Part shown: positions 1 to 9,578 of the stretch, one piece after another
Numbering within the stretch: the first letter of the stretch is position 1
Layout of the letters: every line of letters begins with the position of its first letter
Position numbers and translations under genes: made by a program
The notes under the pieces: generated by a model
The model's input: only the letters and a program-made list of their open reading frames with translations
Told to the model about the DNA's origin: nothing
The model's database searches: none
Assembly (NCBI RefSeq): GCF_051859905.1
Contig: NZ_JBHYEX010000006.1
Direction: 5' to 3' (one strand)
Length of the DNA: 64,000 nt
Source of the DNA: Roseinatronobacter sp.
GTDB lineage: Bacteria; Pseudomonadota; Alphaproteobacteria; Rhodobacterales; Rhodobacteraceae

Positions 1-479
1 CGCTGCGGGGCCGCGATATTGCGAAAGATGCTGACAACCGCTGACGGGTCGGTGGTCGACACAATCGCGCCGATCAACAGGCAGGCCACAAGCGGAAGCG
101 TTGTAAACGGTTTCAGCGCATACCCAATCACAACCGTTGCAACGACGACCGCCATCACCGCCATCACCAGAATGGGCACCCAGTCATCCAGCATGCGCCG
201 CGCATTGACCATAAGCGCAACCTGAAACAGCAATGTCGGCAACAGAACATACAAAAAGACATTCGCGCGGATCGGTTGGTCCAGCAGACGCCTGACAGTC
301 GGGTTCAGCGCCTCACTCAGGTCGGAATTCAGCAAATACAGCGCAATACCGCCAAGCACGCCGCCCACCACGGCCAGAATCACGGTAAAAGGCAGCCTTG
401 CCCGTTCAGACAAAGGCTCGGAAATACCAATAACGATGAAAAGCACTGCAAGCGCAGCCACAAGGGTAATTATGTCCAT
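1..479 (-). CDS. Cation/proton (Na+/H+) antiporter, CPA1/NhaP-like, N-terminal part; the gene continues past the left window edge
   Basis: Own translation of the minus strand from ATG at 479: MDIITLVAALAVLFIVIGISEPLSERARLPFTVILAVVGG...LLIGAIVSTTDPSAVVSIFR. It has several hydrophobic helices and the TDPxAV-type motif of Na+/H+ exchangers. It is absent from the ORF track because no stop lies inside the window. Confidence 0.7.
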   Translation of the reverse strand, partial: MDIITLVAALAVLFIVIGISEPLSERARLPFTVILAVVGGVLGGIALYLLNSDLSEALNPTVRRLLDQPIRANVFLYVLLPTLLFQVALMVNARRMLDDWVPILVMAVMAVVVATVVIGYALKPFTTLPLVACLLIGAIVSTTDPSAVVSIFRNIAAPQ

Positions 480-728
480 ACTCTTTTATAGCCAGAAAGC
501 CGCGTTAATCTAATATGTTAGCATCACTTTGATGACATTTTTCATGCAGTTGTGTCCGTTTGCATTCACTTAGGGCAGGCATATAACCTGAAAACGTCCT
601 GAAGCCCGCTTTGCACGCCAATCGCGATGTGGACACATGGCCGTAATACGACCACATGGCATTCTCTCTTGCGCTGGCCGGTCCGTGGGTCATATGGTCG
701 GCACGAAACAGGAAACCGGGGGCAAAAG

Positions 729-1604
729 ATGGACATCAGGACAGTGGGAATTGTCGGTGCGGGCCAGATGGGGAATGGCATTGCCCATGTTTTTGCCCTG
801 GCCGGCTTTGACGTTTTGATGAACGACATATCCGCAGATGCCCTGAACAAGGCAGTCGCCATCATCGACGGCAATCTGGAACGTCAGGTGTCACGCGAGA
901 AGATCTCGGCCGAGGCGAAGGCCACGGCAATGGCACGCATCCGCACGACGACAAACCTGCATGAACTTGGACCTTCGGACCTGATTATCGAGGCGGCGAC
1001 AGAACGCGAGACCATCAAGCAGGCCATCTTTGAAGACCTGTTACCACATATCCAGCCCCATACGATCCTGACATCGAATACATCTTCTATTTCGATCACA
1101 CGTCTGGCCAGCCGCACCGACAGGCCCGAGAAATTCATGGGGTTTCACTTCATGAACCCTGTGCCGATCATGCAACTGGTTGAGTTGATTCGCGGGATCG
1201 CCACAGATGATGCGACCTATCAGGCCCTGCTTGCTGTGGTGGAGAAGCTGGGCAAAACGGCCGCCAGCGCCGAAGATTTTCCGGCCTTCATTGTGAACCG
1301 CATACTGATGCCCATGATAAACGAGGCCGTTTACACCCTGTATGAAGGTGTGGGGTCGGTAAAATCCATCGACGAGTCGCTGAAACTGGGCGCAAATCAC
1401 CCGATGGGCCCGCTGGAACTGGCGGATTTCATCGGTCTGGATACCTGTCTTGCCATTATGAATGTGTTGCATGACGGGCTTGCGGATACGAAATACCGCC
1501 CCTGCCCGCTTTTGACCAAATATGTCGAGGCCGGCTGGCTGGGCCGCAAGACCCAGCGCGGATTTTATGATTATCGCGGTGAAACGCCGGTTCCCACCCG
1601 CTGA
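729..1604 (+). CDS. hbd: 3-hydroxybutyryl-CoA (3-hydroxyacyl-CoA) dehydrogenase
   Basis: ORF 627..1604. I moved the start to ATG 729 (MDIRTVGIVGAGQMGNGIAHVFALAG), which puts the Rossmann GxGxxG at the N-terminus. The length (291 aa) and the FHFMNPVPIMQLVELI segment are typical of the family. Confidence 0.88.
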   Translation: MDIRTVGIVGAGQMGNGIAHVFALAGFDVLMNDISADALNKAVAIIDGNLERQVSREKISAEAKATAMARIRTTTNLHELGPSDLIIEAATERETIKQAIFEDLLPHIQPHTILTSNTSSISITRLASRTDRPEKFMGFHFMNPVPIMQLVELIRGIATDDATYQALLAVVEKLGKTAASAEDFPAFIVNRILMPMINEAVYTLYEGVGSVKSIDESLKLGANHPMGPLELADFIGLDTCLAIMNVLHDGLADTKYRPCPLLTKYVEAGWLGRKTQRGFYDYRGETPVPTR

Positions 1605-1691
1605 CAGGCACGCACCAGCACCTGCGTTGACATGGAACAAGGCAACTTCGCCTGACAGTGGTATACTCCCCCATCAGGAGGAGGGCCGACC

Positions 1692-1967
1692 ATGATCAAT
1701 GAAAACGACATTCTGGATATGACTTGTCTTACGCGCGCGCAAATAGATGCCATCGCCGAACATGAACATATCACCCCCGTTACCGCAGCAGAACTGGGCG
1801 AATACATGATGCACATCCATCATGGGCCGCAGCGTGTGCAACAAATGATCTGCGAAGACATCGCCCAAGCGCTGCATGCAGATGACCTGACCAAGGCACG
1901 CGGGCTATATGCAACACTGAAACAGTTTATTGCAGAACACCCCGAAGCCCTGCGCGGCAACGGATAG
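1692..1967 (+). CDS. Hypothetical small acidic/His-rich protein (91 aa)
   Basis: ORF 1692..1967 is preceded by a strong Shine-Dalgarno sequence (AGGAGGAGG, about 7 nt before the ATG). The composition looks coding. I recognise no family. Confidence 0.55.
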   Translation: MINENDILDMTCLTRAQIDAIAEHEHITPVTAAELGEYMMHIHHGPQRVQQMICEDIAQALHADDLTKARGLYATLKQFIAEHPEALRGNG

Positions 1968-1972
1968 ACGCA

Positions 1973-3148
1973 TCAGGCATATGTCCTGAACAGGGCTTTC
2001 AACTGCGCGGCACTTTGCGTGATATCATGGGCGGCCTCGACGCGGGTGCGGCCTGTCGCCCCCATGCGGGCCAGTTGTTCCGGCGATGCCTGCATGCAGG
2101 CGCGCATCGCATCCGCAAGCGCGGAGACATCCCCCGCAGGCACAAGCCAGCCCGACTGCGCATCGACCAGTTCGGGAATGCCCGCGATATAGGTCGAGAT
2201 CACTGGCCGCCCCAAGGCATGGGCTTCCATTATCACAATGGGCAAGCCTTCGGCAAAACTGGGCAATAGCAGCGCGCGCGCCTGCGCAAGCGCATCCCGG
2301 ACGCCTGCATTATCGGCCCAGCCACGCAGGTCCACATGATCGCCCAATCCGTGCCGGTCGATCGCCGCGCCAATCGCGGGCCGCGTATCCCCGTCCCCGA
2401 TCAGGACGACACGGGCATGCGGGTGGGTCTGATGCACATCTGCCAGCGCGGCAACAATCAGTTCCTGCGCCTTTTGAACGCATAACCGCCCGACACAAAC
2501 GAATGGGGCATCGGGTGCAGGCGCGGGTGAAACGGGCAAGTCATCCAGATCAACCCCGCAGCGCACCACGTTCAGCTTCGGCCAGATCGACATGCCACCG
2601 GCCAGCGCAAGCTGCACGCGAGCAAACTCGGTTATAGCAACAACAAAGCGTGCATGTTCCAGCTTCATGCGCAAGGACGCGGCGACAGGGTCCAAAAACT
2701 CGTCAGGCCCATGCGCGGTGAATGAATACCCCGGACCGCCCAATTGTGCACAAAGCAAAGCAACTGCGGCAGTGTTCGTTGAAAAATGGGCATGGACATG
2801 GGTGCAGGCACCCAAAGATCGTTTCAGATGCACGGCCTCCAGTAAATACGCGACATGACGCACGAAGGAACCGCGCGCGGCGTTCCGGTGCAACTGCCAT
2901 GCGGTTCTTGCCGCGCGCAGAAATCCGCGCGGGTTTCGCCCCCCCTCGCGCAGCGCCATCCCCAACAAACGCAGCCCACCCGGGGCCAGAAGATAGGTTG
3001 TTCGCGTCTGCTCCTGCCGGTCTGCCGGATCGACAAGCGGTTGATCCCACGTGCGCAGGGCAAACCGGCTGACAGACACGCCCAACGCTTCCAGCGCGGC
3101 AATTTCCCGGCGGATGAATGTCGCAGATGTCACCGGATATGTGTTCAT
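1973..3148 (-). CDS. Glycosyltransferase, GT4 (GT-B fold) family
   Basis: ORF 1973..3295. The conserved N-terminus YLMNTYPVTSATFIRREI and the C-terminal EGLPIVIMEAHALGRPVIST (E-x7-E type motif) match the family. The start is uncertain: ATG 3148 or in-frame GTG 3199. Confidence 0.8.
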   Translation of the reverse strand: MNTYPVTSATFIRREIAALEALGVSVSRFALRTWDQPLVDPADRQEQTRTTYLLAPGGLRLLGMALREGGRNPRGFLRAARTAWQLHRNAARGSFVRHVAYLLEAVHLKRSLGACTHVHAHFSTNTAAVALLCAQLGGPGYSFTAHGPDEFLDPVAASLRMKLEHARFVVAITEFARVQLALAGGMSIWPKLNVVRCGVDLDDLPVSPAPAPDAPFVCVGRLCVQKAQELIVAALADVHQTHPHARVVLIGDGDTRPAIGAAIDRHGLGDHVDLRGWADNAGVRDALAQARALLLPSFAEGLPIVIMEAHALGRPVISTYIAGIPELVDAQSGWLVPAGDVSALADAMRACMQASPEQLARMGATGRTRVEAAHDITQSAAQLKALFRTYA

Positions 3149-3373
3149 CAGATACGCAACATGCGATGTCCCAGCCTTCTGCAGACCGCAGGGCGGCACT
3201 GGCGAAGATTGTTCTGGCTGAACTGAAAAACTCAAATACCTAAAACGCCTTGTCTTGTCGCATGCAGTTTGCGAACCATTCGGGACTGCGCGCAATTTGC
3301 AGTGAACCCTTCAAAAATACAATACAAAAGCCCGCAGGCCGGCGCGGACAACGGTGCGCCACGTGCAGTGAAT

Positions 3374-4591
3374 TCACCCCGGCATGGCCAGCCCGACCCC
3401 GCCCATGGCCGCCAGCACCACCACGGCCCAAGGTGGCGCCTTCCACGCCATCAGCGCCACGAAGCAGACCAGCGCCAGCGTAAAATCGCGCATGTCCCCG
3501 ATGGCGCTGGTGAATACCGGCGAATACAGCGCCGCCCCCAGAATGCCGACCACCGCGGCATTCGCGCCTTGCATAAACGATTGGGCGCGTGCCATGGCGC
3601 GGAACCTGTCCCAATAGGGCATCACCCCCACCAGCAACAAGAAGCCTGGCGCAAAGATGGCCCCCAGCGCCAGCGCCGCCCCTGCAATACCATTCGGTTC
3701 CGGCCCCAGCACGCCCCCCAGATAGGCCGCAAATGTGAATAATGGGCCGGGCACGGCCTGCGCGGCACCATAGCCGGCAAGGAAATCATCCGGCGTGACC
3801 CAGCCGGTTGCCACGACTTCGGCCTGCAACAGTGGCAGCACCACATGCCCGCCGCCGAATACCAGCGCACCCGCGCGGTAAAAACTGTCAATGACCGCCA
3901 AGGACTGGCCCTGCCCAGCAAGCAGCGGCAACAAGAACAGCAACGCAAAGAATACGACGAGCGCCCCCAAGGCCACCCCGCGCGACACGGGCATCCTGAC
4001 ATGCCCGCCCACAGGTGTTCCCGTCCCGCGCCCAAGGGCCAGACCGGCAACCCCGCCCAGCGCAATCGCGCCCACCATGCCAAAGGCACCGGGCAGGAAT
4101 GCCAGCACCGCCACAGCCCCCACAGCAATCGTTGCACGTTCTCGGTCCGGACACAGGTTTTTCGCCATGCCCCAAACGGCTTGGGCAATGATCGCCACGG
4201 CCACAATCTTCAGCCCGTTCAATGCCCCTGTTCCGACAGGTCCGTCAATGCTGGCCGCGCTGAGCGCGAAAACCAGCAAAATCAGTGCCGATGGCAGCGT
4301 AAAAGCCACAAAAGCCGCAAGCGCCCCCGACCAGCCCGCGCGCATCATCCCCAGCGCAAAGCCCACTTGCGACGAGGCCGGACCGGGCAGGAACTGGCAC
4401 AGTGCGACCAGATCGGCATAGGCACGGTCATCCAGCCAGCGCCGCCGCGTGACCAGTTCATCGCGGAAATAGCCCAGATGCGCGATTGGCCCGCCGAAAC
4501 TGGTCAGGCCCAGCTTCAGAAAGGCGATGAACACCTCGCCCGCGCTGCCCTGTTCCGGTTGCGTGTCGGTCGTTCGGGCATTTTTTGTCAT
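3374..4591 (-). CDS. chrA: Chromate transporter, CHR family
   Basis: A 405-aa polytopic membrane protein with two CHR halves. The FLKLGLTSFGGPIAHLGYFRDELV...WLDDRAYADLVALCQFLPGPASSQ signature is present. Confidence 0.85.
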   Translation of the reverse strand: MTKNARTTDTQPEQGSAGEVFIAFLKLGLTSFGGPIAHLGYFRDELVTRRRWLDDRAYADLVALCQFLPGPASSQVGFALGMMRAGWSGALAAFVAFTLPSALILLVFALSAASIDGPVGTGALNGLKIVAVAIIAQAVWGMAKNLCPDRERATIAVGAVAVLAFLPGAFGMVGAIALGGVAGLALGRGTGTPVGGHVRMPVSRGVALGALVVFFALLFLLPLLAGQGQSLAVIDSFYRAGALVFGGGHVVLPLLQAEVVATGWVTPDDFLAGYGAAQAVPGPLFTFAAYLGGVLGPEPNGIAGAALALGAIFAPGFLLLVGVMPYWDRFRAMARAQSFMQGANAAVVGILGAALYSPVFTSAIGDMRDFTLALVCFVALMAWKAPPWAVVVLAAMGGVGLAMPG

Positions 4592-4874
4592 TCTGTCACC
4601 GCTGCTTCGTCAAGCTGGCGCAATCGTCTGTGTGCAATGTCCAGCGCCTTGCACCCTTTTCGCGTGGCCGTGTAAAACCTGCACGACAAATGCACCTTGT
4701 GGCCGGTATGATTGGCGTTTGGTAGAGCATGCTTTGCCCAGACCGTCAACGCTGCACCTGCCAAGGCTGTTGCCTGCCTGAACTGCGAATGACGGACAGG
4801 TTACGGAATATAAACTTTCATCATGCTTAGTTGCACCACGGACCAGCAAGAAGCGGCCGATTCGGAGCAGCAGC

Positions 4875-5621
4875 ATGCGCAAACCCATCCTGATTACAGC
4901 GGCCCAAAGGCTGCACTGGTTCTATTTGGGCCTCGCCTTCTGCGTCTTCAGCATGATTGGCGCCTCCGCTGTGACACCGCGCGGAACAGTGTCCGCAGAC
5001 CCTGCCCAAACATGCCTGTCTGCGGCACAGGTTTCCGCACGACGTCACGGCGTGCCCTTCGATGTGATGCACAGGATTGCGTTGGTGGAATCCGGCCGCC
5101 AAACGGAAAACGGCAGAACCCCATGGCCTTGGGCAGTCCATGCAACCGGACGCGGACACTGGCCCGCCACGCGCGAGGGCGCGCTGGACATTATCCGCGC
5201 CGCGCTGGCAGCAGGCCATAGCAATATCGATATCGGGTGCTTCCAGATCAATTATCACTGGCACAGTGACCAGTTCCCCACATTGGAAGCGATGCTGGAC
5301 CCGATACAGAACGCGGAATATGCCGCACAATTGTTGAATGGCCATTTTCAACGTCTGGGGTCGTGGACAGCGGCCGCAGGCGCCTATCATTCTGCGACAC
5401 CGGCACTGGCGCAGCGCTATATTGCGCGTTTCAATGCTGTTGCTGCAAACGCAGGGCCACCGCCACCATCCAATCCGACAAGCCCGCAGCGGCGGCAGGG
5501 CACACAGACGAATTATGCCCTGCTGCAATCGGCCGGTGACGGCAAGATGGGCTCGCTTGTTTCGCAATCCGCCATGCAATCCGCCCGCCCTTTTCTTGAG
5601 ACGGGAACGCAGACACCATGA
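4875..5621 (+). CDS. Lytic transglycosylase (SLT domain) with an N-terminal signal/anchor; flagellum-associated by context (SltF-like)
   Basis: A hydrophobic N-terminus is followed by HRIALVESG (catalytic Glu context) and IDIGCFQINYHWH...AAGAYHS. Its stop overlaps the flhA ATG (ATGA at 5618-5621). Confidence 0.8.
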   Translation: MRKPILITAAQRLHWFYLGLAFCVFSMIGASAVTPRGTVSADPAQTCLSAAQVSARRHGVPFDVMHRIALVESGRQTENGRTPWPWAVHATGRGHWPATREGALDIIRAALAAGHSNIDIGCFQINYHWHSDQFPTLEAMLDPIQNAEYAAQLLNGHFQRLGSWTAAAGAYHSATPALAQRYIARFNAVAANAGPPPPSNPTSPQRRQGTQTNYALLQSAGDGKMGSLVSQSAMQSARPFLETGTQTP

Positions 5622-7705
5622 TTTCCCTGAATCCAAAGGCCCTGTTCAGCCCGACAGTGTTGCTTGCCCTGGCACTTATGGCCGTCATCGTCATGATGAT
5701 CCTGCCGGTGCCTGCGTGGCTTCTGGATCTTGGACTGGCGACGTCTTTTGCGCTGGCGATCCTTATGTTCACGGTCACGCTATTCATCCAGCGCCCACTG
5801 GACTTTTCAATCTTCCCGACAGTTTTGCTGGCATCCCTCATGCTGCGCCTGTCGCTGAATGTATCCTCAACCAAACTGATCATCGGCGAAGGGCATACAG
5901 GAACAGGGGCGGCAGGCGGGGTCATTCAGGGCTTCGCCAGCTTCGTGATGGGCGGGTCGGTCTTTCTTGGTGTGGTCATCTTCCTTGTGCTGCTGATTGT
6001 AAACTTCATTGTCATAACAAAAGGCGCGGGCCGCATGGCCGAGGTGGGCGCGCGCTTCGCACTGGATGGCATGCCCGGAAAACAGCTTGCCATTGACAGC
6101 GACATGTCCGCAGGCGCGATCGACCACCAGGAGGCGAAACAAAGGCGTGAAACAGAACAGGCGGAAACGAATTTCTACGGTTCGCTGGACGGGGTGTCGA
6201 AATTCGTAAAAGGTGATGCCGTCGCGGGCCTGCTGATCACGCTTCTGAATATCGTCATGGGGCTGATCAATGGCACCATGATGCACGGCATGAGTCTGGC
6301 CTCTGCCTTTGAAACCTATGCCATCCTGACAGTTGGCGACGGGTTGGTATCACAAATTCCGGCTGTCATTATTTCAATCGCAGCCGCCCTGCTTCTTGCG
6401 CGTGGCGGGGCAAACGGGGCCACGGATAGTGCACTTTTCGAACAATTAGGCCGGTATCCGTCAGCCTTGGCGACTGTTGGCATGCTGATGGCACTCTTTG
6501 CCTTCGTTCCCGGCCTGCCGTTCATCCCCTTCGTGATCGGGGCGGCTGTCCTGCTGGGCCTTGCATGGATGGCGCAACAGGTCCAGACGCGCCTTCGCAC
6601 AGAGGCAAGCCGTCCAACACCTTTGTCGGACCCCACCCCGGAACGCATGCTGGGTGATGATCTTGATGTTGACGAAATCCATGTGCAATTCGCGCCGGAT
6701 CTTGTCCCGATGGTGCTGGACCCCGGTATCGGGCTGGATGCGCGTATTTCATCGATCCGGTCGCATATTGCGCGCAATTTCGGTCTTATCCTGCCGGAAA
6801 TCCGGCTGACGGATGATGCAAGCCTGCCTGCGGGCAGCTATGCAATCCTTATTCAGGGCGTCGAGCAGGCACGCGACCACCTGCGCCCCGGCAAGGTACT
6901 GGCACTGGTGCAGGACGCCTCCAGCTTCGAGTTGCAGGGCGAGGATGTGCGCGAACCTGTCTACAAGGCCCCTGCGCGCTGGATTGACGCCAGCCAGCAG
7001 GAAGAAGCGGCGCTTGGCGGAACCACTGTCGTAAACCCGACAGAAGTTCTGGCGACCCATCTTCTGGAAGTCCTGAAATCCAACTTTGGCCGCCTGCTGA
7101 ATTTCAAAAGCCTGAACCGCATACTGGACGAAATGACGCGTCTGTCCGACGCATCGCGTGCAGATGCCAACAAACGCCTGCTGAACGAATTGATCCCCGA
7201 CAAGGTGCCGGTGGAACTACTTCTGGCAGTGTTGCGCCTGCTGCTGGAAGAACGGGTCTCTATCCGGAACCTGCCACTTATTCTGGAAGCCATCGCCGAG
7301 GTGCGCGGCGCTTTGCATGGGCCGGAAACTGTCTGTGAACATGTGCGCCAACGTCTGGGTTTCCAACTTGTGGCCCCGCTGAAACGCAGTGACGGCACCC
7401 TGCCCCTGATCCAGTTGGCCCCCGACTGGGAGGACATATTCACAACCTACCAGCTGGCGGGCGATCACGGTGCAGCAGATGTGGCGCTTCCCCCCGAAGA
7501 TTTCGCCCGACTGACCGAACGTGTCGCCGAAAAGCTGGGAATTCTGGCGCAGAATGGCGAATCTCCCGCGCTTGTGACATCCGCCCACAGGCGGCGTTTC
7601 CTGCGCACGGTCCTGACCGCGAAGGGTCTGGTCGCCCCGGTCCTGTCATACGAGGAAATCGGACTGGAAGCACGCCCTGCCCTGCTGGGAACCATCCCCA
7701 CATGA
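5618..7705 (+). CDS. flhA: Flagellar export apparatus protein FlhA
   Basis: 695 aa with an N-terminal membrane domain (FHIPEP-type, ...KGAGRMAEVGARFALDGMPGKQLAIDSD...) and a large cytoplasmic C-terminal domain. Confidence 0.97.
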   Translation: MISLNPKALFSPTVLLALALMAVIVMMILPVPAWLLDLGLATSFALAILMFTVTLFIQRPLDFSIFPTVLLASLMLRLSLNVSSTKLIIGEGHTGTGAAGGVIQGFASFVMGGSVFLGVVIFLVLLIVNFIVITKGAGRMAEVGARFALDGMPGKQLAIDSDMSAGAIDHQEAKQRRETEQAETNFYGSLDGVSKFVKGDAVAGLLITLLNIVMGLINGTMMHGMSLASAFETYAILTVGDGLVSQIPAVIISIAAALLLARGGANGATDSALFEQLGRYPSALATVGMLMALFAFVPGLPFIPFVIGAAVLLGLAWMAQQVQTRLRTEASRPTPLSDPTPERMLGDDLDVDEIHVQFAPDLVPMVLDPGIGLDARISSIRSHIARNFGLILPEIRLTDDASLPAGSYAILIQGVEQARDHLRPGKVLALVQDASSFELQGEDVREPVYKAPARWIDASQQEEAALGGTTVVNPTEVLATHLLEVLKSNFGRLLNFKSLNRILDEMTRLSDASRADANKRLLNELIPDKVPVELLLAVLRLLLEERVSIRNLPLILEAIAEVRGALHGPETVCEHVRQRLGFQLVAPLKRSDGTLPLIQLAPDWEDIFTTYQLAGDHGAADVALPPEDFARLTERVAEKLGILAQNGESPALVTSAHRRRFLRTVLTAKGLVAPVLSYEEIGLEARPALLGTIPT

Positions 7706-8493
7706 GCCTTGAAATTTTCGACACACTCGCCGCATTCATGGACCAGCTAGTGCCGGAACTTGTTCAGGGGTTTGGTGTGTTTTTGCGCGTGGGGGCCATG
7801 ATGGCATTGATGCCCGCATTCGGCGAAACCGTGATCCCCGTGCGGGTGCGTCTGGCGCTGGCACTTGCCTTCACGCTGATCATCACACCCGCCATCGACG
7901 CGGGTTTACCACAGCTTCAAGGGGGGCCGGTGGCACTTGTCATGGTCATCGCGGCAGAAGGGCTGGCAGGTCTGACACTTGGTGTGGGCTTGCGCCTGTT
8001 TGTGATCGCCCTTCAAACTGCCGGAACCATCGCCGGGCAGGCGACATCCTTGTCACAGTTCTTTGGCGGGGCGGGTGTGGACCCGCAACCGGCCATGTCG
8101 CAGATACTTGTCATGGGGGGACTGACGCTTGCTGTCATGGCCGGATTGCATGTCCGGCTGGCGGAATTCCTGATCCTGTCCTACAGTTTTTTCCCGCCCG
8201 GCCAGTTTCCGGATGCAAGCAGTATGGGCGCTTGGGGCACAGCGCAAATATCGCGCGCATTCTCGCTGGCATTCACGCTTGCCATGCCCTTCGTCATCAT
8301 GTCGGTGCTGTATTATGTGGCCCTTGGGGCCATCAACAAGGCCATGCCGCAACTGATGGTGGCATTCGTTGGCGCACCCGCAATCACCTTTGCAGGGCTT
8401 GCACTGCTCCTTCTGTCCGCCCCCCTCATCCTGCCGATCTGGCATACGGCGTTTGAAACCTATATCGCAAACCCGACAGGCCCCACACAATGA
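7702..8493 (+). CDS. fliR: Flagellar export apparatus protein FliR
   Basis: A 263-aa polytopic membrane protein. It has ATGA overlaps with flhA upstream and flhB downstream. The order flhA-fliR-flhB is typical of alphaproteobacteria. Confidence 0.92.
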   Translation: MSLEIFDTLAAFMDQLVPELVQGFGVFLRVGAMMALMPAFGETVIPVRVRLALALAFTLIITPAIDAGLPQLQGGPVALVMVIAAEGLAGLTLGVGLRLFVIALQTAGTIAGQATSLSQFFGGAGVDPQPAMSQILVMGGLTLAVMAGLHVRLAEFLILSYSFFPPGQFPDASSMGAWGTAQISRAFSLAFTLAMPFVIMSVLYYVALGAINKAMPQLMVAFVGAPAITFAGLALLLLSAPLILPIWHTAFETYIANPTGPTQ

Positions 8494-9578
8494 GCGAGGA
8501 AGACCAGAGCGGCGAGAAGGAGTTCGAGGCCACCGAGCAAAAGCTGGCCGAGCAACGCCGCAAGGGCGAGGTGCCGCGCTCCACGGACCTGAACACCGCG
8601 GCGGCATTCTTTGGACTTGTGCTGGCCGCAATCGCACTTGGACAGACATCGCTTATCCGGATCGGCGAGATTGGCGCAGTGATACTGGATCAATCCGACC
8701 AGATTTCGACGCTTCTGTCCCAGAACGCGCGCGCCTTGCTGGGCGGGCTGATCGGCAACGTGATGCTGGCGGCACTGCCGCTGGTGGCGATTCCTTTTCT
8801 GGTGGTCTGGGCCATGCTGTTCGCACAGCGCGTTGTCATCTTCGCCCCTGAAAAACTGAAACCAAAAGCGTCCCGCGTCTCGGTTCTCGCCAATGCCAAG
8901 AACAAGTTTGGGCGTAGCGGGCTGTTTGAATTCGCCAAAAGCACCGTGAAACTGATTATCATTTCAACGGTTCTGTGGTTTTTCCTTATGCACAACCTGC
9001 CCCTTATTCTTGGCAGTCTTTATCTGACCCCCGCGTTGGCCATAAGCGAATTGCTGGGGCTTGTTGTGCGGTTTTTGCTATTGGTTTTTGTGGTCAAACT
9101 AGTCGTTGGCGGGATCGATTTCTTCTGGCAGCGCGCGGAGCACCTGCGCCGCAACCGGATGTCGCACAAGGATATGCGCGATGAGATGAAACAATCCGAG
9201 GGGGACCCGCATGCCAAAGGCGAACGTCGCAGGCGCGGGCGCGAAATTGCCAGCAACCGCATGCTGGATGCGGTTCCCGACGCCAGCGTTGTCATCGTCA
9301 ACCCGACACATTACGCGGTTGCGCTAAAATGGTCGCCCACATCTGAAAATGCGCCGGTATGTGTGGCAAAAGGGGTCGATGAGATTGCGTTGCGTATTCG
9401 GGAACGCGCCAAGGAAGCGGGCGTACCCATCCATTCGGACCCTGTGACCGCACGCGCGCTTTTTGCCAGCATTGAGCTGGATCAGGAAATCCAGTCAGAA
9501 CATTATGCAGCCGTGGCGGCCGCAATTCGTTTCGCAGACACAATGCGCGCGAAGGCGCGCAAGGGGCGTTGGTCATGA
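8490..9578 (+). CDS. flhB: Flagellar export apparatus protein FlhB
   Basis: 362 aa. The N-terminus is EKEFEATEQKLAEQRRKGEVPRS, followed by four TM segments and the NPTH autocleavage motif (VVIVNPTHYAVALKW). Confidence 0.96.
   Translation: MSEEDQSGEKEFEATEQKLAEQRRKGEVPRSTDLNTAAAFFGLVLAAIALGQTSLIRIGEIGAVILDQSDQISTLLSQNARALLGGLIGNVMLAALPLVAIPFLVVWAMLFAQRVVIFAPEKLKPKASRVSVLANAKNKFGRSGLFEFAKSTVKLIIISTVLWFFLMHNLPLILGSLYLTPALAISELLGLVVRFLLLVFVVKLVVGGIDFFWQRAEHLRRNRMSHKDMRDEMKQSEGDPHAKGERRRRGREIASNRMLDAVPDASVVIVNPTHYAVALKWSPTSENAPVCVAKGVDEIALRIRERAKEAGVPIHSDPVTARALFASIELDQEIQSEHYAAVAAAIRFADTMRAKARKGRWS

Noticed and set aside
1627-1667. TTGACA ... TATACT pair upstream of the 91-aa ORF
   Set aside because: Both hexamers are perfect, but the spacer is 29 nt, which is incompatible with a sigma-70 type promoter (16-18 nt).
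4592-4874. Sigma-54 type (TGGCAC-N5-TTGC) promoter upstream of the SLT-flhA operon
   Set aside because: I checked each TTGC/TGCA occurrence. None has a GG dinucleotide at the required -24 spacing.
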